From assembly GCA_965248455.1 (NCBI GenBank), contig OZ252105.1:2603193-2667192 (forward strand): a DNA stretch of 64,000 bases. Reading direction: 5' to 3'. Each line of letters begins with the position of its first letter. The first letter of the stretch is position 1. The position numbers and the translations under genes were made by a program. Positions 49,045 through 58,365 of the stretch are shown here, piece after piece. This DNA is from Dehalococcoidia bacterium. Its GTDB lineage: Bacteria; Chloroflexota; Dehalococcoidia; Lucifugimonadales; Australimonadaceae. The notes under the pieces are model-generated. The model was not told where the DNA came from. It saw only the letters and a list, made by a program, of their open reading frames with translations, and searched no databases.

Positions 49045-50457
49045 ATGAAGTGCAGACTGACATACGGATTCGGATGGCTGGCAGCGGCGATGCTGGTCGT
49101 TGTCGCGGCCTGCACGCCCGGGCCCACGCCTGCGCCCACGTCGACGCCTGACCTTGAGGCGACGATCGAACGCATAGTAATTGATGCGATCGCCACGAGA
49201 TTGCCCTCGACGCCGATGCCCACTGCGACCTCGACGCCTACCGCTATGCTCGAAGCCACCGCGACACCGACGCCAAGGCCTACCGCGACGCCGACGCCGA
49301 CGCCGCGACCGACTGCTACGGCCACGCCGACTCCTACTGCTACATCAACGCCTACGCCTACTGCCACGCCGGAGCCGACGTCGACGCCTACCCCGACACC
49401 AACGCCCACGGCGACGCCAACGCCTACCCCCACGCCCACGCCCAGGCCTACGCCTACACCGAAGTACCGCTTCAGCGGCGACTTCGGTCCGGAGAGCGGC
49501 TCGCTAACCCATAGGCGTGACAATTCCGTCGAAGCCTTCGAATCGCGTCTCTCCCTCGACTCCTTCCAGGCGGTCGCCACGTTCACGAACCCCTACGCTC
49601 GCTCAGTCGGGAGCTGGGACTACGGGTTCTCCGTTCGCCGCAGCGAGGACGGTACATTCCACGCGATCGTGATAACGAGCGATGGCCGTTGGACTCACGT
49701 ATTCCGAGAACGGTCGGGGCGCAACGTCATCCAGGATCGCGGCAGCGCCTCCAGCGTGAGGAGAAGCGAGCGGGCATCGAACGAGTTGCGCCTGGTGGTG
49801 GACGGAAGGATGGGATGGTTCTTCGTCAACGACGATTTCATCACCCGCCTCGATTTGAGCGATGGGCCCCTGTCAGGGGATGTCGCGGTCATCACCGGGC
49901 TCTATGACAGCTACGAGGTTCGCGGGCGCTCGACCGCATTCCGACGGTTCACGGTCCGCGAATCGAGGCTCGTCGCCGACGAGACCGGCGGTCTGTTCCA
50001 CGATGCTGACGGCCATATCGAGGACTTCTTCATCAACACGACCTCTAGTGATTTCATCGCGGGGGTGACGTTCACCAACCCCTACTCCCGCAGCGTTGGC
50101 TCCTGGGACTACGGCATCGGGTTCAGAGACTCGGGAGGGACCGCGTTCCATGCAGTGACCGTTTCGAGCAACGGAGAGTGGGAGTACTTCGTTCGGAGAA
50201 CGAGCACGAGGCCGATCTATCAGGAATCGGGCAGGGTAACCCTCCGTCTCGCGGCGCGCGGCCGGAACGACCTGTGGCTGATGGCCGTCGGTGACGTCGG
50301 CTTGTTCTACGTCAACGGCGACTTCGTGGCGGAACTGGACCTCAACAACGCGCCTTCAGGCGGTGACGTCTGGGTCGGCACGGGCTTCTACGGAGGCAAC
50401 GAGGTTCGCGGGAACGCCACCGAGTACGACGACTTCACCGTCTACACGCTCGACTAA
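49045..50457 (+). CDS. Lipoprotein with long Pro-Thr linker and two tandem beta-sandwich domains
   Basis: VVAAC lipobox; duplicated F.NPY.RSVGSWDYG..R...FHA....S.G.W...F.VN.DF...LDL...GDV domain. Confidence 0.85.
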   Translation: MKCRLTYGFGWLAAAMLVVVAACTPGPTPAPTSTPDLEATIERIVIDAIATRLPSTPMPTATSTPTAMLEATATPTPRPTATPTPTPRPTATATPTPTATSTPTPTATPEPTSTPTPTPTPTATPTPTPTPTPRPTPTPKYRFSGDFGPESGSLTHRRDNSVEAFESRLSLDSFQAVATFTNPYARSVGSWDYGFSVRRSEDGTFHAIVITSDGRWTHVFRERSGRNVIQDRGSASSVRRSERASNELRLVVDGRMGWFFVNDDFITRLDLSDGPLSGDVAVITGLYDSYEVRGRSTAFRRFTVRESRLVADETGGLFHDADGHIEDFFINTTSSDFIAGVTFTNPYSRSVGSWDYGIGFRDSGGTAFHAVTVSSNGEWEYFVRRTSTRPIYQESGRVTLRLAARGRNDLWLMAVGDVGLFYVNGDFVAELDLNNAPSGGDVWVGTGFYGGNEVRGNATEYDDFTVYTLD

Positions 50458-50603
50458 CCCGCGTCCCTCGCGCCCGTGCGCGCAATAAGGGCCAGCATCC
50501 AGACCAACAGACAGAGCGCTGATTATGACGCGTCGGCTGCTGCTGCGAGCTATCGACACTGTAGCGGACGGCGTAACGCCTTCTGGGCTCGGACACATCA
50601 GTA

Positions 50604-50621
50604 CTATGGTCATAACCATAG
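50604..50621. promoter_or_regulatory. Probable antitoxin operator
   Basis: Palindrome CTATGGT-CATA-ACCATAG just upstream of the Phd/YefM gene. Confidence 0.6.
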
Positions 50622-50657
50622 CGTGATAGTAGTCACGCAAGGATGCAGGAGTGCGAC

Positions 50658-50939
50658 ATGGCGACGGATAGCAGTAAAGCAGCGGGAGCCCGGACCATCA
50701 AGGCGTCGGAGTTCAAGGCCAAATGCCTCAAGCTCATGGACGAGGTAACGGAGAGCGGCGAGGAGATCATCATTACCAAGAACGGACGCCCGGTGTCACG
50801 GCTGGCGCCCTACCGGGAGATGCCGAAGAGTTGGTTCGGGCGCGACCGCGACATCATCCAGATTCCCGGCGACATCGGCGAACCCATCGACGTGGAATGG
50901 GAAGCCGAGACCGGTAAGAACCGCGACGGTCTGCTTTGA
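50658..50939 (+). CDS. Phd/YefM-family antitoxin
   Basis: IKASEFKAKCLKLMDEV..GEEIIITKNGRPVSRL. Confidence 0.9.
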   Translation: MATDSSKAAGARTIKASEFKAKCLKLMDEVTESGEEIIITKNGRPVSRLAPYREMPKSWFGRDRDIIQIPGDIGEPIDVEWEAETGKNRDGLL

Positions 50940-50995
50940 TGCTGCTCGATACGCAGGTGCTGGCATGGGACGAGGTTGGCGACAGCCAGCTCGGC
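50936..50995 (+). pseudogene. vapC: N-terminal fragment of a PIN/VapC toxin
   Basis: MLLDTQVLAW...LG overlapping the antitoxin stop; homology then breaks into an ankyrin-like tail (LLVNAGAD...EIVGLLR). Confidence 0.7.
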
Positions 50996-51214
50996 ATGGG
51001 GAAGTCCGTCTGGTTAGGGAGCGTGTATGTCTTCGGACCAGATGACCTTACTGTCATAGCGCTGCTAGTCAATGCGGGGGCTGATACCTCAGATGCCTAT
51101 CGTATCGCTTTGGAATCGGGTCTTAGTGAAGAAATAGTTGGCCTGTTGCGGTAACGTTGATGCTCTCGGTTACGTATTACGTAGCGTACTTGGAGCTATG
51201 GCATGGAATGATTC

Positions 51215-51757
51215 TCATGTTCTATTTTGAATCTCAGACTGTAGCTGTGAAGCTATTGTATCCAACTCTATGCTGGCCCTTGTGAGGATGTCATGGTATG
51301 TCTTCAAATCGAACTGTTCGTAATGCTCTATGTCCACGTCTACTAATTCGTTGGGAGGGTAGCGGAACGCTGTTGATTTATTGTCTAGCCCATTAATTAA
51401 TTTAATACATTTGTTGATTTTCTCGTTGTATGTAGTGCCTTTCGCATACGGCCTGTTGCTGAGTATAGCTTGCTCTATGGTTACCCATATCTCATCCAAA
51501 GGATGAGTTCTCTTGATAGGTAAATTCAAGCCGTACAGCTGATCCAGCAAGGAAATAATCCATTTCATGGACAACTCGATATGCATCCTATACAGGAAAA
51601 CTACTGGATACACTACTGTATCTTGGTGATGCTTGATGCAATGCTCGTACAGATGGTCTGCGGCTGTCTTGTATCCCTCCACATAACCAATCCACCCAGG
51701 ATTGGTGAAGGCACGGAAGGACACTGGAGTGTCAGGCTGAAACAGTAGTTTTGCCAT
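51215..51757 (-). CDS. Low-GC hypothetical protein, HEPN-like
   Basis: GYK.AAD...YPVVFLYR..IEL..K...THPL..IW...D..S..FRYP pattern; AT-rich; GGAGG RBS. Confidence 0.6.
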   Translation of the reverse strand: MAKLLFQPDTPVSFRAFTNPGWIGYVEGYKTAADHLYEHCIKHHQDTVVYPVVFLYRMHIELSMKWIISLLDQLYGLNLPIKRTHPLDEIWVTIEQAILSNRPYAKGTTYNEKINKCIKLINGLDNKSTAFRYPPNELVDVDIEHYEQFDLKTYHDILTRASIELDTIASQLQSEIQNRT

Positions 51758-51810
51758 GCTGCCTCCTTACCGCACCGCCACGCCGTTCACTTGGCAACGA
51801 GGCGGTCTAG

Positions 51811-53008
51811 GGATGCTCTGAACAACGCATTCACAGTGAGTTGAGTGGATAGACAGGCTCTGTCGCGGGCTTCAGTAGACGGCTGTGGCGTCGCAATCAG
51901 GGCGACATGCCCCGGGAATCTGCTCTTTGGAAGGGCGATTGCCCTCAATCGGTGATTGTGGGCGCACTGCTTTCCTCATGCCGCCGCCAGGTAGCCCTCC
52001 GCCTTGAGCAAGTTGGCCAGGCCAAACAGCACAGCCAGCCGCTGGGTGTTCTTGTACAAACCCCGGTAGCGAACTTTCGCATAGCCGAAGTGCCGCTTCA
52101 CATACAGGAACGGGTGTTCCACCTTCGCCCTCACCGACGCCTTCCTCTTCTCCCTCAACGCCTCCATGCTCTCCGGGTCCAACCCCCTGCGCAGGCTGGG
52201 CCTCATCGCCACCCGCCACTCGATCCTCATCCCTGCGTTCTCTGCTCGCTTCTCCACCCCCTGATACCCTGCATCTGCCCACACGCACTGCTCCTCTCCG
52301 TGGAGTAGCCGGTGCGCTTCGGTGAGGTCGTTCACGTTCGCCGCTGTCGTCATCACCCGGTGAACCATTCCCGTCTTCGCATCCACCCCGATGTGCGCCT
52401 TCATCCCGAAATACCACTCGTTCCCCTTCTTCGTCTGGTGCATCTCGGGGTCGCGCTCCTTCGCCTTATTCTTCGTTGACGTCGGCGCCGCAATCAGCGT
52501 TGCGTCCATGATTGTCCCCTCGCGAAGCTGGAGCCCTTGCGCTTCCAGGTGACGGTTGATCTCCTTGAACAGCTTCATACCAAGCCCATACTCCTCCAGC
52601 AGGTGGCGGAAGTGCAGGATCGTCGTCTCGTCCGGCAGTGCTTCGGACAGCCGCAATCCCACGAACCGCCTCACCGATTCGACCTCGTAGAGCAGGTCTT
52701 CCATCCCAAGGTCACTCAGGTTGTAGAACAGCTGCACGCAGTGAATGCGCAGCATCGCTGACAACGGATACGGACGCCGCCCGCGCCCCGCTGTCGGATA
52801 GTACGGACGTATCAGTTCCTCAAGCTGCTCCCACGGGATCAGCCGGTTCATGCGCTCCAGGAACACTTCACGGCGTGTCTTGCGCTTCTTGCTGTTGTAG
52901 TCGAGGTCGGCAAATGTCGGCTGGTCTGCCACGTCTCACCCCCCGCGCAATGCTCCCCCTATGGTATGTTCACTCCTCATGCGCACAAAAGGCTTGTTCA
53001 GAGCATCC
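51811..53008 (-). mobile_element. IS5-family insertion sequence with CTAG target duplication
   Basis: Inverted repeats GGATGCTCTGAACAA / TTGTTCAGAGCATCC; CTAG at 51807-51810 and 53009-53012. Confidence 0.93.
51976..52932 (-). CDS. IS5-family (IS5 subgroup) transposase
   Basis: KTRRE.FL, MLRIH, PDETTI, DATLI.AP.STKN, WYFGMKAH, RAKVEHPF. Confidence 0.95.
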   Translation of the reverse strand: MADQPTFADLDYNSKKRKTRREVFLERMNRLIPWEQLEELIRPYYPTAGRGRRPYPLSAMLRIHCVQLFYNLSDLGMEDLLYEVESVRRFVGLRLSEALPDETTILHFRHLLEEYGLGMKLFKEINRHLEAQGLQLREGTIMDATLIAAPTSTKNKAKERDPEMHQTKKGNEWYFGMKAHIGVDAKTGMVHRVMTTAANVNDLTEAHRLLHGEEQCVWADAGYQGVEKRAENAGMRIEWRVAMRPSLRRGLDPESMEALREKRKASVRAKVEHPFLYVKRHFGYAKVRYRGLYKNTQRLAVLFGLANLLKAEGYLAAA

Positions 53009-53148
53009 CTAGGCGCTGGATGTAATGTCCAGGGACGTCGTCGACACGTTCGATTGATTCGGCGCCACACTGCGACTGCTGCTCCGGGTCCAGCCGTGCC
53101 ATGCTCCATCCTATGCGAATCCTCGTACGGAGATCAGTATACGACAGG

Positions 53149-53271
53149 CACGGTGATCCGGCAGATCGCCTTATCGTAGCTACTGCCTTGGAAGGTCACC
53201 GGCTGGTGACCTCAGACCACCGCATACTGGGCTGGGCGGGCCAACTCCGCCGTCTGGACGCGAGGCAGTGA
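53149..53271 (+). pseudogene. vapC: C-terminal fragment of a PIN/VapC toxin
   Basis: HGDPADRLIVATALEGHRLVTSDHRIL...*. Confidence 0.8.
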
Positions 53272-53294
53272 GCAGGCATCCGGTAGGCCACGGC

Positions 53295-53445
53295 GGCTGA
53301 TGGCCGTAGCGACATCGGCCTGTTCTACGTCAACGGCGACTTCGTGGCGGAACTGGATCTCAGCAACGCGCCTTCAGGCGGCGATGTCTGGGCTGGCATG
53401 GGCTTTTACGGAGGCAACGACGACTTCACCGTCTACACGCTCGAC
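53295..53445 (+). pseudogene. Degenerate copy of the 3' end of the lipoprotein gene (50276-50454)
   Basis: Near-identical sequence with a 1-nt and a 27-nt deletion. Confidence 0.85.
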
Positions 53446-53472
53446 GGATTCGGGCGCCACACGGCGAGGCGG

Positions 53473-53892
53473 TCATGCGCCTAGCAACGGTAGGTGCTTC
53501 ACACGATGATACGTCAGAGCGAGCGAGATGCAGTGCTTCAGCTCGTCGACTGGTAACTCGTCAGTTTCGCCGAACACGATAGCCCTGCTGCCCTCGAACG
53601 TGAACACATTCGCATAGACCTCTTTGAACGTGTCGACCAGCGACGTGTTGCAATTGAAGTACATTCTGTACTGGTTCGGCGCCCTGTCCTTCCAGTCCAT
53701 TCTGAGCGTGCTGCCGCCCTTGGTGAGGTAGCTGGGCTCTCCCCACTTCAGGGTCTCCTCCAGCGCATCGACGCCCTCCGTCTCCGATGCCGTGTCCAGG
53801 ATGAGCTGTCGGAGACGCATCATTTTCTTGCGCATGGGCTCTGGGTAGCCGTCGAATACCCGTGCGACGGCAGGGTTCTCGATCTTGGACAT
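53473..53892 (-). CDS. DUF1801 (YdhG-like) protein
   Basis: LRQLI, EETLKWGEPSY, YFNCNT.LV.TF, LALTYH. Confidence 0.85.
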   Translation of the reverse strand: MSKIENPAVARVFDGYPEPMRKKMMRLRQLILDTASETEGVDALEETLKWGEPSYLTKGGSTLRMDWKDRAPNQYRMYFNCNTSLVDTFKEVYANVFTFEGSRAIVFGETDELPVDELKHCISLALTYHRVKHLPLLGA

Positions 53893-54326
53893 GTCCGCCC
53901 TCGCTCTCTTTTGCGCAACCTGTAGAGGCTGCGTTGCTAGAATCGCAGGTGTGACGTTGGCCCCAGCGGTTCGCGCCTGTCTTCCGACACTGCTGCTCCG
54001 CGTCCAGCCGGGCCATGCTCCATCCTAATGCGAATCCTCGTACGGAGATTAGTATGCGGCATGCCATGCCGCCCGTCAGCGCTGTTGGCACGGTAGGCGA
54101 ACTCCTAGCCTCCCCACAACCAACGACAACTGCCACTAGCGCAGTCGCGGCTCTGCCCGCTACGCTGGTTCTCTGAAGCTGCCTCACGGCAGCTTGGAGC
54201 GCGCGCCCCATACGTCGTCTCTCTCACGGCCGTGGCACTTTGACAACCGCATACGCGCCTCGACCTCGCAGATCAGGCCTCGACCATTCCCTGAGGACAG
54301 CTCGGCCCGGCCCCCTGCGTACGGAG

Positions 54327-54460
54327 GAAACGGAACGAAATGGAACAAAACGGAACAGAATTATAAGTTTCGCTGCTCCTGCTACTCCTGAAGCCCGCCC
54401 ACCCATCGCTCCGTATCTACCGATTGAAATGAGCGGAAATGAGCGGAAATGAGCGGAAAT
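54327..54460. repeat. Two clusters of 10-bp tandem repeats
   Basis: (RAAAYGGAAC)x3 at 54327-54356 and (GAAATGAGCG)x3.5 at 54426-54460. Confidence 0.8.
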
Positions 54461-54539
54461 TAAAAGTTTGCCACTCCTAGGCATTCCTGAGGGCGGCGCC
54501 AAAAGTGCAAGTAGCGACAGAGATGGGCGGCAGCGGGCG

Positions 54540-55310
54540 CTAGAACGGGATGAGCGTCGTGCCAAGGGCGATGTCGCTCATGAGCGCTGCGCCGAGAGCG
54601 AGGCTCGCTCCGCCAGCGACGCCCGCTACCGTCCGGTTCAGCCCCTGCGCGTTGCCCGTAAGCGCGAACGGCACGCCAAGGACGATCGTGATCATCGCCA
54701 TGGAGACGACCGTGCCCAAGCCGAACAGAACGAGGAAACCGACGCCTGACCATAGCGTATCGATCTGAGGCAGCAGCACCAGCATCACCGCCGCGCTCCC
54801 CGCCAGCCCATGAACGACCCCGATGCCGTAGGACTTGGCTCGGAACGTTGGCCTCCCCATCCGCCGGAGTCCCCAGGCGTTCCGCTTCTTCGGCGCCTTG
54901 CGCGGCTCATTCTCCTCATGGTGCGTCGAGTGGACGTGGATGTGCGCCTGACCGCCATGCTGATGGCTGTGGACATGCAAGCGGCCCTTCCGCAGGTTGT
55001 AGAACACCTGCGCCCCGATCAGCACGAGCATGATGCCAACCAGGAACTCCAGCGTCGGCGCCATCCCGGCGTACCAGTTCAGGACAGCCTCCTTGAGCAG
55101 CAGGATGACCACGCCCAGGATGAGCAGAGGCGTCGTGTGGCCAAGCCCCCACGACATCCCGACCCAGACGCCGCGCCACGCGTTCGTGTGCTCGGCAGCG
55201 ATCGCCGAGACGGCCACGACGTGGTCAGCGTCCGTTGCGTGCTTCAGCCCCAACAGGAAACCGAACGCCAGCGGCGCCCACGCGCCGGATAACGTCGAGA
55301 ACTCGAACAT
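54540..55310 (-). CDS. Nickel/cobalt transporter (UreH/NiCoT-like)
   Basis: GLKHATDADH, WGLGHT, His-rich loop, GVVHGLAGS. Confidence 0.85.
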   Translation of the reverse strand: MFEFSTLSGAWAPLAFGFLLGLKHATDADHVVAVSAIAAEHTNAWRGVWVGMSWGLGHTTPLLILGVVILLLKEAVLNWYAGMAPTLEFLVGIMLVLIGAQVFYNLRKGRLHVHSHQHGGQAHIHVHSTHHEENEPRKAPKKRNAWGLRRMGRPTFRAKSYGIGVVHGLAGSAAVMLVLLPQIDTLWSGVGFLVLFGLGTVVSMAMITIVLGVPFALTGNAQGLNRTVAGVAGGASLALGAALMSDIALGTTLIPF

Positions 55311-55354
55311 CCCCAGGCTCCTTCGTCAATTCCCTTTGCGCCCGAGAACCTGCG

Positions 55355-55837
55355 CTAATGGCGATGGTCCTGCGCATGGGTGTGTGTATGCCCGCTGTGC
55401 GAGTGCGCCTCATCTCCCCGGCACCCCTCGCAGAGGCCGCTCATCGTGAAATGCTCCGTATGAAGCTCGAAACCCGCGCCGCGCAGCAGCGTCGCCCGCA
55501 ACTCGTCGAGGTACAGAGGCTCCAGATGGAACGTCGTTCCGCAGTGCTCGCAGACCATGTGGCCATGCTGGTGGCCGGGCGCCGCGTACTCGTACCGGCT
55601 GATGCCGCCCACGGACACTTCGTTGATCAGATGGAGTCGGCTCAACAGCCCAACCGTGCGGTAGACCGTCGCAGTGTCGATCTGCGGATACGCCTCGTGC
55701 AGTCTCGCGGCGATCTGCTCCACCGTCACGTGGCCCTGCAGCTCCCGGATAGTGTCCATCACCACCACTCGCTGCGTGGTGAGGCGGCGTCCGGTAGCGC
55801 GTATCGAATCGGCGGAGCTTGCGTCGTCCTGCGTCAT
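55355..55837 (-). CDS. Fur-family metalloregulator
   Basis: RLTTQR, ATVYRT, HGHMVCEHCG, GLCEGC, His-rich tail. Confidence 0.92.
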   Translation of the reverse strand: MTQDDASSADSIRATGRRLTTQRVVVMDTIRELQGHVTVEQIAARLHEAYPQIDTATVYRTVGLLSRLHLINEVSVGGISRYEYAAPGHQHGHMVCEHCGTTFHLEPLYLDELRATLLRGAGFELHTEHFTMSGLCEGCRGDEAHSHSGHTHTHAQDHRH

Positions 55838-55842
55838 AACTC

Positions 55843-55866
55843 GTTCTTGCGAAGATTCGCAAGAAC
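55843..55866. promoter_or_regulatory. Probable operator of the Fur-family regulator
   Basis: GTTCTTGCGAA-GA-TTCGCAAGAAC, an 11-2-11 palindrome 5 bp upstream of the ATG. Confidence 0.7.
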
Positions 55867-55931
55867 CATAACACCGCGAAAAGCTCGAGGCAATTGCACC
55901 GCCACGTTACCGGTTGAAGTTTCCCCAGCGC

Positions 55932-56999
55932 CTAGAACCCGTAGAAGCGCTTGGTGTTCTCGTAGAGGACGGCGTGCTTCTGTTCATCGGTCAGCTCGTC
56001 GCTCTCCAGCGTCTCCTCGATCTCGTGCATCGCACCTGCAAGGTCTACCTCGTGCGGGTAGTCAGACGAGTACGCGAACGGCTCGATCCCGATGCGTGAG
56101 GCGACGTACGGCAGGCTCACGTCGTTGCCCTCGCAGCCGATGAGCACATCGCCGCTCGTGAGGTACTCGTCGAACGGACGTTGTGCCACCTTCCCGAAGA
56201 ACTCGTCGTCGCGCACTGCACGGTCGAGGACAGGGACGAGCCAGCCGGGCCCGCCTTCCAGGAACGCGAGCTTCATGCCGGGGAACCTGTCGAGCACGCC
56301 GTGATAGACCAGCGCGACCAGCGCATACATCAGCGGAACGGGGTGGTGGAGCACATGCGACCCGATGAAATCGGTGAACGTGTCGATGCCGATGCCCTTG
56401 TTGGAGCCGCCGTGCAGCGCGAGCACGCACCCAAGGTCGGCAGCCTCCTTGTAGACCGGCCAGTAGTACTCGTGCGCCAGGTTCAGGGGCAGCCCGGTGG
56501 TGGGGAGCATCGCGCCCGGCATGCCCAGGTCCAGCACGATGCGGCGCAACTCAGCGGCTGCTTCGCTGGGGCTCTGCATAGGAATCAGACCGACGGGGTG
56601 TATGCGCGCGTCGACCTTCATATAGCGGTCGGCCACGTAGTCGTTGTAGCCGTGGCAGAGGCGGGTGGCGTACTCCGGCGTCTGGATGAAGCCGACGGCA
56701 AGTCCCCGCGTCGGGAAGATGACCGTCTGCTCGATACCCGTCTTGTCGAGGAACGCAGACCAGTCCTCGCCGGAGCCGGTGCGCTCCTCGCTGGCCATCT
56801 GCCGGGGCCCGCCGAAGCGTCCTCCCTCGCCTTTGAAGAAGTTGTGGATCCCATCAAGGGTGGGGAAGGGGCCATCCTGCGCGGGCACCTGACCGGTCGC
56901 CACAGCGCGTATCGAGTCGTCCACATAGGTGCCTAACTCGCTATTCGATTCGAGGAGATGTCCATCGGAGTCCATGAGCCGAACCTGAGAGATGTTCAT
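55932..56999 (-). CDS. Amidohydrolase-2 family protein
   Basis: DSDGHLLE, GYNDY, LHGG, FLEGG, YSSDYPHE. Confidence 0.9.
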   Translation of the reverse strand: MNISQVRLMDSDGHLLESNSELGTYVDDSIRAVATGQVPAQDGPFPTLDGIHNFFKGEGGRFGGPRQMASEERTGSGEDWSAFLDKTGIEQTVIFPTRGLAVGFIQTPEYATRLCHGYNDYVADRYMKVDARIHPVGLIPMQSPSEAAAELRRIVLDLGMPGAMLPTTGLPLNLAHEYYWPVYKEAADLGCVLALHGGSNKGIGIDTFTDFIGSHVLHHPVPLMYALVALVYHGVLDRFPGMKLAFLEGGPGWLVPVLDRAVRDDEFFGKVAQRPFDEYLTSGDVLIGCEGNDVSLPYVASRIGIEPFAYSSDYPHEVDLAGAMHEIEETLESDELTDEQKHAVLYENTKRFYGF

Positions 57000-57201
57000 C
57001 GCGCCCTCCCGCCTCGTTTTGCTTGATGTGGGGATGCTACCACCGAGCAAGCGTCCGGTGCACGCACAAGGACGGAACACAGGCCGATATTCCTTGACAC
57101 GATGGCCTCGTAAGGCTACATTCCGCACTCGTATGGTCGGTGCTAGACTATGGTGCAGAAACGCTTGCCCACGCAGAGAAGGGTTGAGCGATGAGGAGGA
57201 T

Positions 57202-58311
57202 ATGATGGCGAATCTTGAAGTCGTAATCGATGGCGATGGACATATATTCGAGGATGCTGAGGGCCTGCGTCGCCACCTGAAGAGCCCGATGAAGGACGCG
57301 AATATCCCGAGGCTGATGGGCATCTTCCCGCAGTTGGATCATCTGCACCACTCACTCGCCCAGAACCCTGAGGACTCGTTCGGCTTGAGCAAGGGCGTTT
57401 TCAAGGATCCCGGTGTTGGCGGCTGGGGCGCGTTCATGGATACGGCGGGCATCGAGGCCGCTGTCCTCTATCCGACCGCCGGCCTCTCCTACGGCAAGAT
57501 CATCGATCACGATTTCGTGATCAACGCGTGCCAGGCCTACAACGATTGGATCACTGATGCGTACTCGCAGAAGGACAGCCGCCTGCACCCCGTGGCGCTG
57601 ATTCCAATGCAGGAGCCGGACGCCGCAGTGGAAGAGCTCCGTCGCGCCGTGAAGGACCTCGGCATGTGTGGCGCGATGCTTCCCTCGACGGGGTTGATGA
57701 CGCACCTTGGCGCGAAGACGTACTGGCCGGTCTATGCAGAGGCGGAGCGTCTGGGCGTACCGCTTGCGGTGCACGGCGGCGCGCATCACGACCTCGGCAT
57801 GAACACGATGAACGTGTTCGCTGCCACGCACGCCATCGGCCATCCGGTGGGGATTATGATCGGCTTGGCAGGGATGCTGTTCAACGGCGTTTTCGAGCGC
57901 TTCCCTGGGTTGCGCGTCGGCTTCCTGGAAGGCGGCGTCGGCTGGTTCCTCATGGCGCTGGAGCGGTTCAACGGCTCCTACGGAGCGTTTACTCCGTTCG
58001 ACCCGCGCGGCGAACTGCTGAAGCTGCCTGACGGCATGGACGTGGGCGACTACATGTTGTCGCTCTGCCGGCAGGGCAGGATCCGCGTCGGCGTGGAGGG
58101 CGACGAGCCCTCGCTGTCGTACGCGGTGCACGTAGCAGGGCCGGAGGCGTTCATCTTCTCGTCCGACTTCCCGCACGAGGTGAACCTCGGCAGCATACGC
58201 CACGAGATTGAAGAGTTGATCGAAATCGACGAACTGTCTCCGGAGGAGAAGGAAGCGATCCTCTGGAAGAATTCGATGGAGTTTTACAACCTGGCCGGTG
58301 TTGCCGTGTAA
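57202..58311 (+). CDS. Amidohydrolase-2 family protein (divergent paralog)
   Basis: DGDGHIFE, AYNDW, VHGG, FLEGG, FSSDFPHE. Confidence 0.9.
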   Translation: MMANLEVVIDGDGHIFEDAEGLRRHLKSPMKDANIPRLMGIFPQLDHLHHSLAQNPEDSFGLSKGVFKDPGVGGWGAFMDTAGIEAAVLYPTAGLSYGKIIDHDFVINACQAYNDWITDAYSQKDSRLHPVALIPMQEPDAAVEELRRAVKDLGMCGAMLPSTGLMTHLGAKTYWPVYAEAERLGVPLAVHGGAHHDLGMNTMNVFAATHAIGHPVGIMIGLAGMLFNGVFERFPGLRVGFLEGGVGWFLMALERFNGSYGAFTPFDPRGELLKLPDGMDVGDYMLSLCRQGRIRVGVEGDEPSLSYAVHVAGPEAFIFSSDFPHEVNLGSIRHEIEELIEIDELSPEEKEAILWKNSMEFYNLAGVAV

Positions 58312-58365
58312 GGCGGCCCCCAGGCGTCCCGGATACAACGTCAGAAAAACCAGGGAGGAAGAACG

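Noticed and set aside
53295-53445. DGR template repeat for the lipoprotein C-terminus
   Set aside because: Differences are mostly C/T changes and deletions, not adenine-specific, and there is no reverse transcriptase in the window.
48944-54500. Integrase-driven island at tRNA-Gln
   Set aside because: No integrase and no duplicated tRNA 3' end found downstream.
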